DNA of 32,396 nucleotides from the NCBI GenBank assembly GCA_040081625.1, contig JBEBGD010000064.1, positions 1 to 32,396 of the forward strand. The letters run 5' to 3'. This document shows positions 27,715 to 32,396 of this stretch, one piece after another. The translations under genes were made by a program, and so were the position numbers. Source of the DNA: Chthoniobacteraceae bacterium. Lineage in GTDB: Bacteria > Verrucomicrobiota > Verrucomicrobiia > Chthoniobacterales > Chthoniobacteraceae. Each line of letters begins with the position of its first letter. Positions within the stretch are counted from its first letter, which is position 1. Under the pieces are notes generated by a model that saw only the letters and a program-made list of their open reading frames with translations, searched no databases and had not been told where the DNA came from.

Positions 27715-27734
27715 CGGGACTCCCCGTAGTCCCG
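27715..27734. terminator. Short hairpin between convergent genes (possible terminator or REP)
   Basis: cgggact-ccccgt-agtcccg forms a 7-bp stem. No U-tract. Confidence 0.35.
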
Positions 27735-27748
27735 GTGCATGACGCGGA

Positions 27749-28738
27749 CTAAAGCCGCTTCGCGTCCTTCGCGATCGCGAGCAGCGAGGCCTGCTGGCGG
27801 ATGCGCTCGGTCAGTTCCTTCGCTCTTGCCTCGGCCTCCGCGACCGGCAGCCCGGCTTTCATGCCGGGGCGTTTGTGGCCGGCCTCGGTGAGCCAAGCGT
27901 CGGCGAGCAGGCGGCCGCGCTGGCGGATGAGTTTCAGGAAATCGGGTGCGAACGCCGGATCGCGCAGGCGGTTCATCAGTTCCATCGCCGCGGGGCGATC
28001 GGCGCCGCTGAGTTCGCCGACGAGTTCCATCGAGAAGATCCAATGCGCCGCCTCGCTCGGATGCACGCCGTCCTTCGCGAAAGCGAAGCCCGGCTCCGCC
28101 GCGCGGCGCGCGTCGAGGATGCTGCGCATCACGCGATGAATATCGACCACGCGCCATCCGTCCTCGCGCTTCGAGAGCAGCCACTCGGCGTAATGGCTGA
28201 GCACCGAATCGTCGTAGCCCGCAAACATTACAGCCGGGTCCTTTCCGCTCGGATCGGTCTTCGCCTTGATCGGCTCGGGATCGAAGACGGGCGGCGTGAG
28301 GTGGACGATCTGCGCGCCCGCGGCTGCGACCTTCGCACGCAGTTTCTCGATGCCCGCGCGATACGCCGCGAACCTCTCCTCACTGAACGGCGCGTAGATG
28401 CCGTCATTCATCCCATAGCACGCGACGACGAGATCGGGCTTCGTCTTCGCGAGCACGCGGTCGAGGCGCTCGTGCAAGTCGGGGCGCGGAAACTTCCCAC
28501 CCGCGTGCCCCGGCTCGGACAGGCCGGAAACAGTCTCGCTCGGCAGGCCGACATCGATCACCTCAAACTCGCGGTCCGGGAATCCGACGGAGAGATACGC
28601 GTCGAACTGATCCACGTATTGACCCGAGTAGGTGATGCTGTCGCCGAGGAAGACGATGCGCTTTACGCCGGGGAGGAACTCGGCGCGGGCGACCGAAGCG
28701 GCGAGGAACAGGAGAGCGAGTGGATGAGTCCATTTCAT
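27749..28738 (-). CDS. Exported SGNH/GDSL hydrolase
   Basis: Signal peptide, FLGDSIT (block I), YGMND (block III), DGVHP (block V). Confidence 0.92.
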   Translation of the reverse strand: MKWTHPLALLFLAASVARAEFLPGVKRIVFLGDSITYSGQYVDQFDAYLSVGFPDREFEVIDVGLPSETVSGLSEPGHAGGKFPRPDLHERLDRVLAKTKPDLVVACYGMNDGIYAPFSEERFAAYRAGIEKLRAKVAAAGAQIVHLTPPVFDPEPIKAKTDPSGKDPAVMFAGYDDSVLSHYAEWLLSKREDGWRVVDIHRVMRSILDARRAAEPGFAFAKDGVHPSEAAHWIFSMELVGELSGADRPAAMELMNRLRDPAFAPDFLKLIRQRGRLLADAWLTEAGHKRPGMKAGLPVAEAEARAKELTERIRQQASLLAIAKDAKRL

Positions 28739-28835
28739 GAGTCCCGTCTAATGGCACGCGTCCCGTTTGTGGAGATGTTTACGTGTGCATCGCATTGCCG
28801 ATTGCCTCCGCCGTCGCGCTCTGCTTTGAGCCGCC

Positions 28836-30239
28836 ATGCGCAAAACGAAAATCATCTGCACGCTGGGACCGGCAACGGAGTCGGTGGAAGTCCTCCGCGC
28901 GATGATCCTGGCGGGAGCGAACGTCTTCCGGCTGAACATGAGCCACGCGACGCACCCATGGGTCCGCGAGATCGTGCCGCGCATCCGCGCCATCGCCACC
29001 GAACTCGGAGTCGTCGTCGGCATTCTCATGGACACGCAGGGCCCGGCCATCCGCACCGGCGACCTGCCCGCCAAGCTCGACCTCAAGGCCGGCGACATCT
29101 TCGAGTTCACCGTGCGCGGCGCGAAGAGCGAGGAGCAGTTCAGCGTCGATGTGAACTACGACGGCCTCATCGACGACATCTCCGTCGGCGACACCGTGCT
29201 TGTGGACAATGGCGTCATTCACATGCGCGTGCTGACGAAGGCCGGCAACCACATCCGCTGCGAGGTGCTCACGCCCGGCGTGCTTGGAAATCGTCGCCAC
29301 ATCAACCTGCCCGGAGTGAAGGTGAGCCTGCCCCCGCTCACCGCAAAGGATCTCGCCGACATCGCTGTCGGTGCGGAGTTGGGCGTGGATTTTGTCGCGC
29401 TGAGCTTTTGCCGTGAACCGGGCGACGTGGACGCAATGCGCGCAGCGCTGCAGGAGCATCACAGCTCCGCACGCATCGTCGCGAAGATCGAGGACCAGAT
29501 GGCCGTCAAAAACATCACCGCGATCATCCGCCGCACCGACATCGTCATGGTCGCGCGCGGCGATCTCGGCATCGAGTGCGCGATGGAGGAGCTGCCGATC
29601 ATCCAGCGCAAGATCGTCAAGCGCTGCATCACCTTCGGTGTGCCGGTCATCGTCGCGACGCACATGCTCGAGTCGATGATCACCAACCCCGTGCCGACGC
29701 GAGCGGAAGTCACCGACGTGGCGAACGCCGTCTATGAGGAAGCCGACGCGATCATGCTCAGCGGTGAGACGACCGTGGGAAAGTATCCGATCAAGTGCGT
29801 CGAGGCGCTGGCGCGAATCTCCGACCGCATCGAGCGCAGCGGCGGGCTCGGCTTCGCGGGCGAAGCGATCCTCGAGGACAAACGGCAGAAGACCGTGCGC
29901 AGCGCCGTGATGCTCGCAAACAGCCTCCGCGATTCGCGCATCGTGATCTTCACGCGACGCGGCACGATGGCCGACTTCGTGGCGAACCTGCGCCCGCACT
30001 ATGCGCCGATCTTCGCCTTCGCGCCGTCGTGGGAACTGTGCCGCCGGCTCATGCTCAACCGCGGCGTGCTCCCGCTGCACATGCCTTTCGACATCAATCC
30101 CGTCCGCACGATCGCCGCGGCGGAGAAGTATCTCGTCGAGAACGGACTCGTCCACAGCGGGCAGAACCTCGTCATCGTGACCGACATCCTCGCGGGCGAG
30201 GATCGCTTCGATTCCATCCAGCTCCGCGTCGTGCCGTAG
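28836..30239 (+). CDS. pyk: Pyruvate kinase
   Basis: RKTKIICTLGPA, RLNMSH, AKIE, MVARGDLGIE, PTRAEVTDVANA, MLSGET. Confidence 0.97.
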   Translation: MRKTKIICTLGPATESVEVLRAMILAGANVFRLNMSHATHPWVREIVPRIRAIATELGVVVGILMDTQGPAIRTGDLPAKLDLKAGDIFEFTVRGAKSEEQFSVDVNYDGLIDDISVGDTVLVDNGVIHMRVLTKAGNHIRCEVLTPGVLGNRRHINLPGVKVSLPPLTAKDLADIAVGAELGVDFVALSFCREPGDVDAMRAALQEHHSSARIVAKIEDQMAVKNITAIIRRTDIVMVARGDLGIECAMEELPIIQRKIVKRCITFGVPVIVATHMLESMITNPVPTRAEVTDVANAVYEEADAIMLSGETTVGKYPIKCVEALARISDRIERSGGLGFAGEAILEDKRQKTVRSAVMLANSLRDSRIVIFTRRGTMADFVANLRPHYAPIFAFAPSWELCRRLMLNRGVLPLHMPFDINPVRTIAAAEKYLVENGLVHSGQNLVIVTDILAGEDRFDSIQLRVVP

Positions 30240-30242
30240 CCG

Positions 30243-31520
30243 CTACGGCGCGGTGGATGCGCGCTCGACTGCCTCGGTATCGCGCGCGAGGTAGCGCGTG
30301 CCGATGAGCCAGAATGCGCTCGCAAGCAGCATCATCGCCGATACGAGAAGGAACGCGGTATTCATGCTCGCCTGCCCGGCGATCCAGCCGATGAGCGGCG
30401 GCGAGATCGCGTCGCCGAGCGCGTGAATGAGGAGGATGTTCAGCGCAAACGCCGTGGAGCGCACGGCGGGCGGTGTGACGTTTGCGAGCGCGGCATTGGC
30501 CGGGCCGACGTTGAAGAAGAGGAAGAACTCCGCGAAGAAGATCATGAACCACGCGGCGGGGAACGGCGTCTTGAGCATCAAGACCGTGGCCGGAAACGCG
30601 AGCAGCATCGCGAGGCCCGAGACGATGAAATAGGCGCTCGCTCGCGTGCGGCGCAGGCGGTCGCCGCACCAACCTCCGAGCAGTGTCGCCGAAAGGCCGG
30701 CGACGACGGTGATCGCGCCGAAGATCAGATTGATCCGCGCGAGGCTCGGCGCGCCGCCGAACTCCGCGGCGCGGTCGGCAAAAAGATAGCGCGGCACCCA
30801 GAATGAGATGCCGCCGATTGCGAACGTCATCGCAGTCATCGCAGCGGTGTTGAGCACGTAGGACGGGATGCGGAAGAGCGCGAGCGCGTCGGCCATGCGC
30901 ATCTTCGGTCGCGAAACTGCGGGGCGCGCAGCACGTGGATCGCGCATCAGCAGACACGCGGCGCTGAGCACGAGGCCCGGAAGCACCACGAGATAAAACG
31001 GCCAGCGCCAGCCGAAGTGTCCGCCGACTGAGCCGCCGAAGACATACCCGAGCGCGCTGCCGACCGGGATCGCGAGGTAGAAATACGCCAGCATTCGCCC
31101 CCTCTTCTCGAGCGGATACATGTCCGCGATGATCGTCGGAGCGGCCGGGCCGTAAGCCGCTTCGCCGATGCCGACGAAGATTCGTGAGATGAGCAACGCC
31201 GCAAACGTTCCAGCCAGCCCGGACCAACCGCTCGCGAGGCTCCACACAGCGACGCCGCCGGCGATGATCACCCAACGCGACACGCGATCGGCGAGCACAC
31301 CAAACAACGGCGCAAGCACCATGTAGCTGACGAGGAACGCCGTCGCGAGCGAGCCGGTCTTCGCCATCGCGTTCGCATCCGTCGCGGAGAAGAACTCCGC
31401 GGCGATCAACGGCTCGACTGCCGCGAGGATGTAGCGGTCGATGTAGTTGAAAAGGTTGATCGCCAGCAGCAACGCGAGCGCTCGACCGGCATGTTGAACG
31501 TGCGGCGATGGATTGACCAT
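30243..31520 (-). CDS. Spinster-family MFS transporter
   Basis: INLFNYIDRY, LADRVSR, GIGEAAYGPAAPTIIADMYP..KRG, AIPVGSALGY, HALGDAISP. Start likely ATG at 31520. Confidence 0.88.
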   Translation of the reverse strand: MVNPSPHVQHAGRALALLLAINLFNYIDRYILAAVEPLIAAEFFSATDANAMAKTGSLATAFLVSYMVLAPLFGVLADRVSRWVIIAGGVAVWSLASGWSGLAGTFAALLISRIFVGIGEAAYGPAAPTIIADMYPLEKRGRMLAYFYLAIPVGSALGYVFGGSVGGHFGWRWPFYLVVLPGLVLSAACLLMRDPRAARPAVSRPKMRMADALALFRIPSYVLNTAAMTAMTFAIGGISFWVPRYLFADRAAEFGGAPSLARINLIFGAITVVAGLSATLLGGWCGDRLRRTRASAYFIVSGLAMLLAFPATVLMLKTPFPAAWFMIFFAEFFLFFNVGPANAALANVTPPAVRSTAFALNILLIHALGDAISPPLIGWIAGQASMNTAFLLVSAMMLLASAFWLIGTRYLARDTEAVERASTAP

Positions 31521-31593
31521 GTGGTCCTGAACGCCGCGCACTTCATCGGATTGCGCTTGGCTTGCAAAGCGGTTTCTCGAACGTTCAGCCGCC

Positions 31594-32396
31594 TTGGACA
31601 CGCCGAACAACACCTCATTCAGTGAACGCTTCCTCCGCGGACTCGGCACACTGCTCGCGCGCCTGATCTACCGCGTCAGCGCGCACTTCACCGATCGCCT
31701 CCCGGCTGGCGGTTTCCTTCTCCTCCCGAATCACCTCACGTGGGTGGATGCGATCGTGCTCCAACTCGCGTGTCCGCGGCCCATCCGCTTCATCGTCTTC
31801 GAGTCGATCTACAAGCTTCCGCTGCTCTACCCGATCTTCCGCTGCGTCGGCGCCATCCCCATCTCGCCGACGCGCGCGAAGGACGCGGTCCGCACTGCCG
31901 TCGAGTTGATCGAGCAGGGCGAAGTCGTGTGCATCTTCCCCGAGGGCGAACTCTCCCGCAGCGGCATGTTGCTGCGGCTCAAGCGCGGTTACGAATTGAT
32001 CGCGCGCGGCGCGAAGTGTCCGGTTCTTCCGGTGTGGATGGATCAGCTTTGGGGCAGCATCTTTTCGTTCGAGGGCGGGAGGTATTTTTTCAAGTTCCCG
32101 CGGCGACTCCCCTACCCGGTCACGGTCGCATTCGGAGAACCGATCGCCCACGACGCCGCTGACATCGCGCATGTGCGCGAGCGCTTTCTGGTGCTCGGCG
32201 AATTTTGTTACCAGCAGCGCGAGACGCTGCGCGGGCACCTCGGCCGCGCCTGCATCCGCGGACTGCGCCGGCATCAGTTTGCCACAGCCGTCACCGACGG
32301 CCTCGACGGGAGCAGCTTGTCACGCGGTTTCCTGCTCGCGGCGGGCATCGCGCTGAGCCGATGGCTCAGCGCGAACACGACCGCGGCGCGCATCGG
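31594..32396 (+). CDS. Aas-like acyltransferase / probable acyl-ACP synthetase, 3' end beyond the window (missing from the ORF track)
   Basis: Frame opens after TGA 31528-31530; TTG start at 31594. PNHLTWVD (HX4D) and VCIFPEGELSRSG are PlsC motifs. The sequence then continues into a region resembling the start of an AMP-binding domain. No stop seen before the window end. Confidence 0.85.
   Translation, partial: MDTPNNTSFSERFLRGLGTLLARLIYRVSAHFTDRLPAGGFLLLPNHLTWVDAIVLQLACPRPIRFIVFESIYKLPLLYPIFRCVGAIPISPTRAKDAVRTAVELIEQGEVVCIFPEGELSRSGMLLRLKRGYELIARGAKCPVLPVWMDQLWGSIFSFEGGRYFFKFPRRLPYPVTVAFGEPIAHDAADIAHVRERFLVLGEFCYQQRETLRGHLGRACIRGLRRHQFATAVTDGLDGSSLSRGFLLAAGIALSRWLSANTTAARI

Noticed and set aside
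28752..28770. TGGCACG upstream of pyk as a sigma-54 promoter
   Set aside because: No TGC at the required -12 spacing.
31615..32274. 219-aa minus-strand ORF
   Set aside because: Antisense to the plus-strand acyltransferase frame, which carries clear HX4D and FPEG motifs.

Overview
GC-rich (roughly 68% by eye) bacterial chromosomal segment. Gene content (DUF1549/DUF1553 cytochrome-c protein, PQQ-like beta-propeller, Tat-exported Gfo/Idh/MocA, GH33, mostly no obvious Shine-Dalgarno sequences) points to the PVC superphylum, probably Verrucomicrobiota (inference). It carries the imuB-dnaE2 mutagenesis cassette, panE, a purine-nucleoside phosphorylase, an isolated nuoB-nuoC pair, a nitrilase-family hydrolase, a DUF1801 protein, rfbB-rfbD, an Nramp-like transporter, a GH13 amylase, carbohydrate-related exported enzymes, pyk, a spinster-type MFS and the start of an Aas-like acyltransferase. 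I saw no CRISPR array, rRNA, tRNA, transposase or integrase. The main structure not explained by the ORF track: (1) two inverted 130-bp MITE-like copies with 26-bp perfect outer inverted repeats enclosing an oxidoreductase gene, each next to an internally deleted gene remnant; (2) a palindromic element inserted in frame in imuB; (3) a KTSC protein with a Tat-like signal coupled to an unannotated 41-aa membrane peptide; (4) a spinster MFS divergent from an Aas-like gene that lacks its own MFS domain; (5) a GH33 sialidase-like enzyme with HIP instead of RIP; (6) an inverted heptamer-repeat element between rfbB and rfbD.
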